Positions 1-7,571 of a stretch of 8,666 bases of DNA are shown here, one piece after another. The stretch comes from Tubiluchus corallicola (lineage: Eukaryota; Animalia; Priapulida): contig JAQGDQ010002525.1 of assembly GCA_030141605.1 (NCBI GenBank), positions 1 through 8,666 of the forward strand. Direction: 5' to 3'. Positions within the stretch are counted from its first letter, which is position 1. Every line of letters starts with the position of its first letter. The position numbers and the translations under genes were made by a program. The notes under the pieces were generated by a model. It had not been told where the DNA came from. It made no database searches and was given only the letters and a program-made list of their open reading frames with translations.

Positions 1-17
1 CAAATGCTAATTAAATT

Positions 18-227
18 ATGAACAGACAAAAAGTTGATTCATCAAACTTAGCCTCAGTAGGCTATGACGAGGAAAATGAAATTCTTGAGATTGAGTTTAA
101 TCATGGTGGCATCTATCAATACTTTGGAGTTCCAAAAGAAGAATATGAAGCTCTTATGAATGCCAGTTCCCTAGGCTCGTATTTTTATCATAACATTAGA
201 GACGATTATAAATATGAAAAACTTTAA
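18..227 (+). CDS. KTSC domain-containing protein (69 aa)
   Basis: Whole protein fits the KTSC pattern: [12 protein letters not shown]...[17 protein letters not shown]...[14 protein letters not shown]...IRD-Y-Y. ATG start after an AT-rich spacer. Confidence 0.93.
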   Translation: MNRQKVDSSNLASVGYDEENEILEIEFNHGGIYQYFGVPKEEYEALMNASSLGSYFYHNIRDDYKYEKL

Positions 228-230
228 TTT

Positions 231-520
231 ATGAATCAGGAAATATACAGTGCTATTAATAATAAACAGCTAATAGAATTCTATTACGAGGGTGGTAATC
301 GGGTTGTTGAACCTCATTGTTATGGAATAACCACTGCAGGAAACGAGGGTCTTAGAGCATTCCAGACGACGGGTATAGTTCATCTAGTAAAATGGGGTGG
401 AAAATGTTTGATTTAGCAAAAGCAGAGAACATTACGATTCTTGAAGAAACTTTTAGTTTTCCTCGACCAGGATATAAAAAGGGCGATAAGGGCATGTCAA
501 ATATTTATTGTGAATTATAA
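231..520 (+). pseudogene. Small stand-alone WYL-like domain protein (~96 aa when repaired), split by a 1-nt frameshift at ~366-368
   Basis: ORF 231..416 has the WYL-type N-terminus (AINNKQLIEFYY-GG-RVVEPHCYG...LRAFQT). The -1 frame from 368 continues DGYSSSSKMGWKMFDLAKAENITILEETFSFPRPGYKKGDKGMSNIYCEL to TAA 518-520, supplying the W-x-x-F-x-L-x-x-x-x-x-I segment typical of WYL and ending 9 nt before the next ATG. Confidence 0.8.
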
Positions 521-529
521 CTTGTAGAT

Positions 530-727
530 ATGGCTTCAAAAAAAGGAAAAATGACATTACGGTTTAATAAGAATAAATCCTTGTCTCATAACTATGCGAT
601 TTTAGAAGGATACATTACTAATTTAGATGATACTTTTGGAGATATACTGAAGAATAATTTAAAAGAGAATGTAAATGAAATAAGAGAAAAAGTGAAAAAT
701 GATGTAAATAACATATGTAATGAGTAA
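530..727 (+). CDS. Hypothetical protein (65 aa), basic N-terminus and helical C-terminus; overlaps the ATPase start
   Basis: ATG 9 nt after the repaired WYL stop. Its stop overlaps the next start by 8 nt (ATGAGTAA, 720-727). No family recognised; may be a gene remnant. Confidence 0.55.
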   Translation: MASKKGKMTLRFNKNKSLSHNYAILEGYITNLDDTFGDILKNNLKENVNEIREKVKNDVNNICNE

Positions 728-3242
728 TTATTTCATTAAAGAGGTTTCTATCGAAGGTTTTAGGGGGATTAACAATGAGAATGTCCCTTTAAAACTTAAA
801 TTTAATCATGAAGGTGTAACTTCTTTCTTTGCTGAAAATGGACAAGGTAAAAGTTCTATCTATGAAGCCATTTTTTATTGTATAAATGATAAATTTCCTA
901 AAATAGATAAATTACATCGTGAATTACGGGATTATACTACTATCACAAATCTCTTTCATAACGGCGATGGGCAAATTAAAATAGTATTTACTGATAATTC
1001 TAATAATGATGTAACTATTGATTATTTAATTGATTCTTCTTCTAACAAAAACATATCATCTTCCGATGTATCTAACCCAAGCGAATTTATAAAGAATTTA
1101 AGGGATGAACATAATTTTTTGGATTATGAAACATTTACAAACATTATAAATGAAAGTCCAGAGGATGCAGGAAAAACATTTTCGGCTTTAATAGGATATT
1201 CAAAATTCTCAGAAATAAAGGATAAACTGGAAAAGTTATCAAGAACACAAAATATTAATACTGATTTCGATAAAAGAAACAAAGAAAATAAAATTGCATT
1301 CAAAAATGACACTATTTACAACAAACAAGTTGATATATTAAATACCCTTGCCAATCAAAACATAAGTTATAAAAAGTTTAATAAGAAACTTATTGAGAAT
1401 CGATTAATAAAAGAACTTAGAAATACGTTCAGTTTTTTAAAACCTGATGATTCCATATATGACGTTGAGTATGATAACTTACTTGTAAAATTATTAGGCA
1501 ATAATTACAATGAAAATATTAATAAGCAAAGTGAATTATTATCTCAAAGTAAAGAATTTTTTGATTGGTTGAAATTATTAAAATCTATAAAAAAAATAAC
1601 TTTTAGTAAGCTTAAGACCGCATTAAAAAAAGCTTATTCTAAGCTGGATGACGTCAGGGATTTGTATCTTGGTAACTTATATGATAATGCTATAAACACT
1701 TATAATTATTTTCCTGATTTTAATAAAAATTCCTGCATTTTATGCAATACAGAAAATCTTGGCACTTCGAATAATACTTTTCTTGATATAATTAAAGGTA
1801 AAATATTAAAATACAATGAATTTAAATCTGAAATTAACTTAATCATTAAGAAGTTCACTTCGATTATTGATGAATATTCCTTAGAAGGTTTAGAAAAAAT
1901 TTTAGAAGAGAACGAATTCATTAATTCTAAAGATAAAGTATTTACTTCGTTTAAAGCGTCGAATCCTAGTATTCTTCCAGCAGACTTTTTTGATAGTGTA
2001 GATTATTTTCAGAAAATAAAACAATACACTGAACATTTATCACTAAAACTGAAATCAATTAAACAGGAACACATTGAAGTATCGAAAAGAGTTCCTAAAA
2101 ATATAACATCACTTAATGAAAAAATCAATTCATTTAAAACAATTAAAAATGACCTAAATCAAATAGACATTGAGAAAAAAGAAATATTAGAAATTAAAAA
2201 TGAACTTAAGAAAGTTGAAAAATGGGTTAATTATATTTCTATTGTCAAACAAAATTTTGATTTAGCTTATAATAATTTAATGGAGCAAATTGCTGAAGAT
2301 ATTAATGATTATGCAAAAAAGTTTTTCCAAATTATAATGGGAAATACTGAAATTGTTCCGTTTCTGGAGAAAAAAACAACTGGTCAGAAAATCAATTTTA
2401 TGCTTGAAAAGTTCTATTCAACATCAAATAAAAAGGCAGTAAATTTACTTTCAGAATCTTATCGCAATGCATTGTGTTTGTCGATATATTTTGCAACTGC
2501 TTTGCGCAATATTTCTACCAGTCGGTTTATTATTTTAGATGATATTACATCCAGCTTTGATAGTGGTCATCAAATTAAGCTTATTGGTGTTTTGGAGTCC
2601 CAAATAGCTAAAGCAAGCCGAAATAAAAGAAAGCAAGTTATTCTTTTTACTCATGATGGTGAACTGAAGAAAGTTCTTAGCAGTATGAACTTAAAAAAGA
2701 ATAAGTGGGAACATCATAAAATAATGAGAACATTTGATGGCTCGATAACCAGTTTGCAAAAGATTGAAACTGACCATTTAAAAAATGAATTGATTAATAA
2801 ACTAAATCTCGGTAATACGGACATTGGAAGTAAGCTACGAGAATATTTTGAAGAAACTATCTTTGAAATAATAGAATTTTTAGATATTCCTGTTCCTTAC
2901 AAGGATATATATGATATCGAAAGTTCAAAACTAGGAAGACTTGTTAATGGTATTGAAAAGCAAATTCTATTGGAAAGGAATTTAAATCCTGGAAAAGTAG
3001 TTATACCTAATCTAAGCAGTAAATATATTATAAGTATAAAAGATATTGCTAATAAAGTTTCCCATTTTTATACTAATTCAAGGGCAAGTTATACACCACA
3101 AGTTTTATTACAATTTGTTAATGATATTGAAGACTTTAAAAGAAAATTCATGTATGAATGCACATGTCACTTGAATCAAGGGTGGGTGTTTTTTCACGCT
3201 ATTACTACTAAAAAGAAAAAAAATAATCAATGTAATTGTTAA
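720..3242 (+). CDS. Rad50/SMC-like ABC ATPase with central zinc hook and putative C-terminal HEPN (RloC/PrrC-like) domain, 840 aa
   Basis: N-terminal IKEVSIEGFRG; Walker A variant AENGQGKSS (831-857); long coiled coils with central CILC (1734-1745); signature LLSES (2445-2459); Walker B/D-loop IILDDITSSFD (from 2529); H-loop FTHD (2646-2657); C-terminal R-x3-E (REYFE, 2838-2852) and N-x-x-SH (NKVSH, 3051-3065). The ATPase call is strong; the HEPN call is inference. Confidence 0.85.
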   Translation: MSNYFIKEVSIEGFRGINNENVPLKLKFNHEGVTSFFAENGQGKSSIYEAIFYCINDKFPKIDKLHRELRDYTTITNLFHNGDGQIKIVFTDNSNNDVTIDYLIDSSSNKNISSSDVSNPSEFIKNLRDEHNFLDYETFTNIINESPEDAGKTFSALIGYSKFSEIKDKLEKLSRTQNINTDFDKRNKENKIAFKNDTIYNKQVDILNTLANQNISYKKFNKKLIENRLIKELRNTFSFLKPDDSIYDVEYDNLLVKLLGNNYNENINKQSELLSQSKEFFDWLKLLKSIKKITFSKLKTALKKAYSKLDDVRDLYLGNLYDNAINTYNYFPDFNKNSCILCNTENLGTSNNTFLDIIKGKILKYNEFKSEINLIIKKFTSIIDEYSLEGLEKILEENEFINSKDKVFTSFKASNPSILPADFFDSVDYFQKIKQYTEHLSLKLKSIKQEHIEVSKRVPKNITSLNEKINSFKTIKNDLNQIDIEKKEILEIKNELKKVEKWVNYISIVKQNFDLAYNNLMEQIAEDINDYAKKFFQIIMGNTEIVPFLEKKTTGQKINFMLEKFYSTSNKKAVNLLSESYRNALCLSIYFATALRNISTSRFIILDDITSSFDSGHQIKLIGVLESQIAKASRNKRKQVILFTHDGELKKVLSSMNLKKNKWEHHKIMRTFDGSITSLQKIETDHLKNELINKLNLGNTDIGSKLREYFEETIFEIIEFLDIPVPYKDIYDIESSKLGRLVNGIEKQILLERNLNPGKVVIPNLSSKYIISIKDIANKVSHFYTNSRASYTPQVLLQFVNDIEDFKRKFMYECTCHLNQGWVFFHAITTKKKKNNQCNC

Positions 3243-3248
3243 TTCCTT

Positions 3249-4283
3249 ATGCCAACAATAAAACTCAATCAACAACTCAAACGAGTAGAAATAAATAAGT
3301 TCGAAATTGAGAACGAAATCGTTTTCAATTATTTCAATAATCTCCCTGCACCAGAGCGAGATGAAAAACTTTTTAAAGCTCTTTATATAGGCGTTTTAGC
3401 TTTAATGGAGGACAGGATTTCAAGTTTCCTTTCAAAAACCACTAATGAACTTGGAACAGAACTGGAAAGCCTGAAACTCATCTTCGAAATGAAGAAAGAG
3501 CTTTTTTATAAAACAACCGTTAAAGGAGTTCTGGCAGAAGAAGACATCGCAGATTTCTTAAATACCTATTTCTCCGAAAAAAAATTAAAAGATAAAGCCT
3601 TATTAACAGGAAACACCGCAGGTAACCTACCAAAAAACAAAACAGGTGATATTATTTGCGAAATTGATGGAAACGAAGATTTAAAAATTGCCATTGAATG
3701 TAAATTTGACAAAAGCATTCGGTTTGGCGACATCGAATCAAAAGAAATTTTCACAAGAAGAACAGACACGGCTTGGAGCCAGCTTATTGAAGCCGATGCA
3801 AACCGGAATTCAAAAGTCAGTATCATAGTTTTTGATATTTCGCTCGTTGACAACAGCATCCTTAAAGTATTTGAAAATGTTGGTTACATCCCATCAATAG
3901 GATTTATGGCAATTATTGATTCGCAAAAAGGTGATTATAAAAACCTTGCAATAGCCTATTTACTTGCCCGGGATATTGCATTAAATGCTAAACTCCCCGA
4001 TTTGGATCTAAATATCTTAATGGCACTTGTAAAAAGGATTATAAAAGACATAAACGAAATATCGTCCATTAAAAACCTTGTGGAAAGTAACATCCAAAAC
4101 AATAAGGAAATATTAAAGCAACTTGAAAAAAGCATGTTGTTAATGGAATTCAATCAACAATATTTATCAAAATTCTTACAAGATGGTACATTAACCAAAA
4201 AGGATTTACTTGATTTTTATATGGGTGAAGAAATAAAAGACAAATACAAACTGATTGAAAAAGACATTAACGAATTGAAATAG
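3249..4283 (+). CDS. Coiled-coil-flanked PD-(D/E)xK nuclease-fold protein (RmuC/DUF2130-like architecture), 344 aa
   Basis: KGVLAEE helix, then KTGDII (GD 3645-3650) and IAIECK (3693-3704), giving an E...D...ExK catalytic arrangement. Helical/coiled-coil segments on both sides. Confidence 0.7.
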   Translation: MPTIKLNQQLKRVEINKFEIENEIVFNYFNNLPAPERDEKLFKALYIGVLALMEDRISSFLSKTTNELGTELESLKLIFEMKKELFYKTTVKGVLAEEDIADFLNTYFSEKKLKDKALLTGNTAGNLPKNKTGDIICEIDGNEDLKIAIECKFDKSIRFGDIESKEIFTRRTDTAWSQLIEADANRNSKVSIIVFDISLVDNSILKVFENVGYIPSIGFMAIIDSQKGDYKNLAIAYLLARDIALNAKLPDLDLNILMALVKRIIKDINEISSIKNLVESNIQNNKEILKQLEKSMLLMEFNQQYLSKFLQDGTLTKKDLLDFYMGEEIKDKYKLIEKDINELK

Positions 4284-4286
4284 TAT

Positions 4287-4604
4287 ATGCCCAAACAAAA
4301 GAAAATAATAATACCCAACCATGATTCCGAAGCGGACACATGCCGAAAGGAAATATTGCCAAAGCTCTATGAAAGTAATTGGGACGATGATAAAATATTG
4401 GAGCAGAGATATTTTACAGACGGAAAAATTATTGTCCTGGGCAGAAAAGCAAAACGCAAAGAAGGGAAAAAAGCAGATTACATTTTAAGGTATTCACGTG
4501 ATTACCCCATTGCAGTAGTCGAAGCAAAAAAAGCATATAAAAAAGCTGCTGATGGTTTACAATCAATTTGTCCAATAAGTTTTGAAGTTAAACACATTAT
4601 ATGA
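4287..4604 (+). pseudogene. hsdR: Truncated type I restriction enzyme R subunit (EcoAI/EcoEI-like HsdR N-terminal nuclease domain fragment)
   Basis: SEADTCR..ILPKL...W...I.EQ..FTDGKI.......R...KKADYIL......IAVVEAKK.......GLQ matches the start of EcoEI-type HsdR. Similarity stops at 4562, just before the expected QA-x-x-YA; no helicase motifs follow. The ORF ends after 13 unrelated codons. Confidence 0.85.
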
Positions 4605-5136
4605 GAGATTAACTGTTCCATTTGATAAAGATAAAATCATTGTAAATACAAAAAACATGAATGTCTTTTGTTATTCAAATAAACCAGTCTATTCATCTGG
4701 AGGCGGTCTAGGAGGTCAAAATTATATTTATTTGAAGGAGCGAAATAAATCAGCTTATTTAAATGAAATATTAAAATATACCACTATTGAAGAATTTACA
4801 ATTTTCATATCAATATACCTTAATAGCAGCATGATAAGTGATTACATTCAAAAAGGTGAATATAATCAATTAAGTACTTCAAAAATCAAAGACCTTGAAT
4901 TACCTCTAATTAGACTTGATGACAATTTAAAATTAAAAGAATATAAGACATTAATTAAAAAGTTTAAAAAAGCTTTTGATGAAACTATCCTTGAAATAAT
5001 GCTTTTGAAGTTTTTAGAAATCGATTACCTGAAAATTGAGACATTTAAAGCGAACATAAGAGGATATATATCACAAAATGATTATATGAAATTATCTATT
5101 GAAGAACTTGCAGAATATAATGTAAAAACGGTTTAA
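4563..5136 (+). pseudogene. Probable 3' fragment of a restriction-modification methyltransferase/specificity (TaqI_C/TRD-like) gene; track ORF 4582..5136, 184 aa
   Basis: FDKDKIIV...YIYL...IYLNSSMISDYI...QLSTSKIKDLELPLI followed by an amphipathic helix resembles the end of type IIG/TaqI-like target-recognition domains (KII...LNS...LP). Weak TTG start overlapping the hsdR remnant, no MTase catalytic motifs, more AT-rich than the hsdR part. Confidence 0.5.
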
Positions 5137-5139
5137 CGT

Positions 5140-6258
5140 ATGGGCAACAAAGATTTCCATAATAAAGAATTCGATTCAGCTACATTAAAAAAGCTCGATA
5201 TATATCGGGAATACTTTAACGAAAGTTTTCCTGTATTCTTATATGGCGGCTGGAAAAATGTTCTTGTTTACGATTTCTTTGCTGGTGAAGGAACAGACAA
5301 AGACGGAACTTATGGAAGTCCATTAATTACTTTTGATTCAGTTAGTAGTTTTTGTAAAGCTATTAAGGAAAAGAAAACAAATGTTGTTTTACGTTTCAAC
5401 GAATTTGATACTAAAAAATATGAGAAATTAACAGAAAATGTAGATAACTATATTTCGGATTGCAAGAAAACCGATAAATGTCCAAATCCTGATAATGCTT
5501 GTATTATCAAAAAGGATATTACACAAAACGACTTTTCAGTATTTTTTAATGAGATTTATCCTGCTATGCAGAAGGATAAAAATCCAAGAATCATTTTCCT
5601 TGACCAGTTTGGTTTTAAATATGTAACTACTGAAGTATTTCAAAAATTTGTTGGCTTACCACGAACTGATTTTATTTTCTTTGTTGCCTCATCATATTTA
5701 AGAAGGTTCAGAGAGGTAGGCTTTTTCAAAAATTATCTTGAAATGGCAAATATCGATTTCGATACTTCCAAACCATTTCACTGCCACCGAATACTTGCAA
5801 ACTATTACGAAAGTCTCATTCCCAAAGTAAAGGACTATTATACTGCTCATTTTTCAATAAAAAAGGGCAAAAACTACTATGGATTAATATTCGGAACAAA
5901 CCATATTATTGGGATTGAAAAATTTTTAAGGATTTGCTGGGAACATGACCAGGTAACTGGTGAAGCAAATTATAATATTGACAGAGAGCCAAGTTATCAC
6001 GGCGACACGTTGTTTGAGGAAACTAACATTTCCATGAAAGTCCAAAATTTCAAGGACAATTTACACAAGCATATTTTAGAAAATAAATTTACGTTATTGT
6101 TGCAAATATATCAGGAAGCATTCAAAGCAAAATGTTTGCCGGGGCATGCCAACGAGGTTTTGACCGAACTAATAAACAAAGGCATTATAGGTAAAATAAA
6201 ATTACAAAAATCAGGCTTTCATAAAATGGGAGATGTTCCATTAACAGTAAATAGATAA
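5140..6258 (+). CDS. tcmP: Three-Cys-motif partner protein TcmP (methyltransferase-like fold), 372 aa
   Basis: T-x-x-KL-x-I-x-x-x-Y N-terminus, YDFFAGEG...YGSPL glycine-rich SAM-binding-like motif, IIFLDQFG (DPFG-like), YYGLIFGTNH-x-x-G-x-x-KF...W. Sits 3 nt upstream of a DUF5131 gene, the family's defining neighbour. Confidence 0.88.
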   Translation: MGNKDFHNKEFDSATLKKLDIYREYFNESFPVFLYGGWKNVLVYDFFAGEGTDKDGTYGSPLITFDSVSSFCKAIKEKKTNVVLRFNEFDTKKYEKLTENVDNYISDCKKTDKCPNPDNACIIKKDITQNDFSVFFNEIYPAMQKDKNPRIIFLDQFGFKYVTTEVFQKFVGLPRTDFIFFVASSYLRRFREVGFFKNYLEMANIDFDTSKPFHCHRILANYYESLIPKVKDYYTAHFSIKKGKNYYGLIFGTNHIIGIEKFLRICWEHDQVTGEANYNIDREPSYHGDTLFEETNISMKVQNFKDNLHKHILENKFTLLLQIYQEAFKAKCLPGHANEVLTELINKGIIGKIKLQKSGFHKMGDVPLTVNR

Positions 6259-6261
6259 ATT

Positions 6262-6984
6262 ATGAAAACTACAAAAATAGAATGGACAGAAACCACTTGG
6301 AATCCTTCAACAGGTTGCACAAAAATATCTTCCGGCTGTAAAAACTGTTATGCAGAACGTATGGCAAAACGGTTAAAGGCGATGAAACAAGAAAAATATA
6401 AGAATGGTTTTGCACTAACAACACATCCTGAAGTCTTAAGCGAACCATATTCATGGCGCACACCTCGTACCGTTTTTGTTAACTCTATGAGTGATATGTT
6501 TCATGAAGACATGCCTTTGGAATTTATTCAAAAGGTATTTAATGTAATGAATGAAAACCCGCAACATACCTTTCAGGTATTAACAAAACGTGCTAATATT
6601 TTAAGGGAATATAAAAGTTGCCTAAACTGGTCTAAAAACATTTGGATGGGTGTAACAATAGAGAATCAGGATAACGTTCAGCGTATCGATTATTTAAGAA
6701 CAGTTCCGGCAAACGTAAAATTTTTATCAATTGAACCCCTAATAGGTGAAATAAAATACATTGACCTTGCGAACATTGATTGGGTAATTGTTGGCGGAGA
6801 ATCCGGCCCAGGAGCAAGACCCATAAAAGAAGAATGGGTTTTGACTTTAAAAAATGAATGTCTCATTCAAAGCGTACCGTTTTTCTTTAAACAATGGGGA
6901 GGGACAAACAAAAAAGCTGCAGGTAGACTATTAGAAGGAAAAACATGGGATGGCATGCCGGATAGAATATTAGAATATAGCTAG
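6262..6984 (+). CDS. DUF5131 / phage Gp37-Gp68 family protein (radical-SAM-like three-Cys motif), 240 aa
   Basis: TKIEWTETTWNPSTGCTKISSGCKNCYAE (C-x6-C-x2-C), FVNSMSDMFH, HTFQVLTKR, NIWMGVTIENQ, FLSIEPL, DWVIVGGESG, PFFFKQWGG are all hallmark motifs of this family. Confidence 0.95.
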   Translation: MKTTKIEWTETTWNPSTGCTKISSGCKNCYAERMAKRLKAMKQEKYKNGFALTTHPEVLSEPYSWRTPRTVFVNSMSDMFHEDMPLEFIQKVFNVMNENPQHTFQVLTKRANILREYKSCLNWSKNIWMGVTIENQDNVQRIDYLRTVPANVKFLSIEPLIGEIKYIDLANIDWVIVGGESGPGARPIKEEWVLTLKNECLIQSVPFFFKQWGGTNKKAAGRLLEGKTWDGMPDRILEYS

Positions 6985-7017
6985 AAATATCAAGTTCTTA
7001 TAATATTGGAAACTAAA

Positions 7018-7569
7018 ATGATAAATTTTCTATACAGAATATTATTAACGTTCAACTCGACTTCTTTACTAATAGTGATTTTCCTTGTTAAAGAACAAAG
7101 AGAATTTTGTTGGATTAGTAAGTTTTCGTTTTTACCATCCTACACATCCTACATAATATACTTTCTTATTCCGGTTGTACTAACATGGTTAAGCCTTTTG
7201 CTTTCAAGGTTTTTGGCGGATGATAGTTTAGAAAAGGAAAATGATGCCTCGAAAGTTATTGAAGTTGAACAAGCAAACAATGCTTTTTTACCAAGTTATT
7301 TAGGTTACTTTTTTGTAGCTCTCAGTGTTCCATATTCTGAAACATTGATATTCGTATTTGCTATTTTGTTCTTGTTCACGTATTTCTCACAGACCCTTTA
7401 TTTCAATCCGCTTTTTCTTTTATTCCGTTATCAATTTTACTACCTCACTACAATAAATAACACAAAGGTTTTTATTATAACAAAAAAGTCTTTGAAAAAA
7501 CCCGAAAAAATCGATTTACCAGCACTTAAAAGAATTAATGATTTTACATTCATCGATAAAAATAAATAA
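7018..7569 (+). CDS. kwaA: Kiwa-like anti-phage membrane protein KwaA (about 4 TM segments)
   Basis: Hydrophobic segments (ILLTFNSTSLLIVIFLV; YIIYFLIPVVLTWLSLLL; FLPSYLGYFFVALSV; LIFVFAILFLFTYF) followed by YFNPLFLLFRYQFY, like the KwaA NP-x-L...Y motif. Stop is 2 nt before the KwaB-like gene. ATG 7018 preferred over the track's TTG 7006. Confidence 0.7.
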   Translation: MINFLYRILLTFNSTSLLIVIFLVKEQREFCWISKFSFLPSYTSYIIYFLIPVVLTWLSLLLSRFLADDSLEKENDASKVIEVEQANNAFLPSYLGYFFVALSVPYSETLIFVFAILFLFTYFSQTLYFNPLFLLFRYQFYYLTTINNTKVFIITKKSLKKPEKIDLPALKRINDFTFIDKNK

Positions 7570-7571
7570 CC

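Noticed and set aside
1124-1921. Minus-strand ORFs 1124..1312 and 1706..1921
   Set aside because: Short, fully antisense to the motif-rich ATPase; F/S/L/I-rich composition is what the reverse complement of K/E/N codons yields.
720-3242. Housekeeping SbcC/RecN/SMC, or canonical Lamassu LmuB/Wadjet JetC
   Set aside because: No sbcD, scpAB or jetABD neighbours, no recognisable LmuA upstream, and the protein has an extra C-terminal domain after the ATPase. Defence context favours RloC-like.
3566-4153. Minus-strand ORFs 3566..3859 and 3956..4153
   Set aside because: Shadow ORFs of the 344-aa gene with no recognisable motifs.
6269-6817. Minus-strand ORFs 6269..6463 and 6632..6817
   Set aside because: Antisense to the highly conserved DUF5131 gene; no independent support.
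6998-7008. TATAAT / TAATATTG as an internal promoter for the Kiwa-like pair
   Set aside because: Such motifs arise often by chance in AT-rich DNA; mismatch to TAnnTTTG and no convincing upstream element.
7006-7017. TTG start for the membrane protein as given in the ORF track
   Set aside because: An in-frame ATG at 7018 preceded by an A-rich stretch fits the other starts in the window better.
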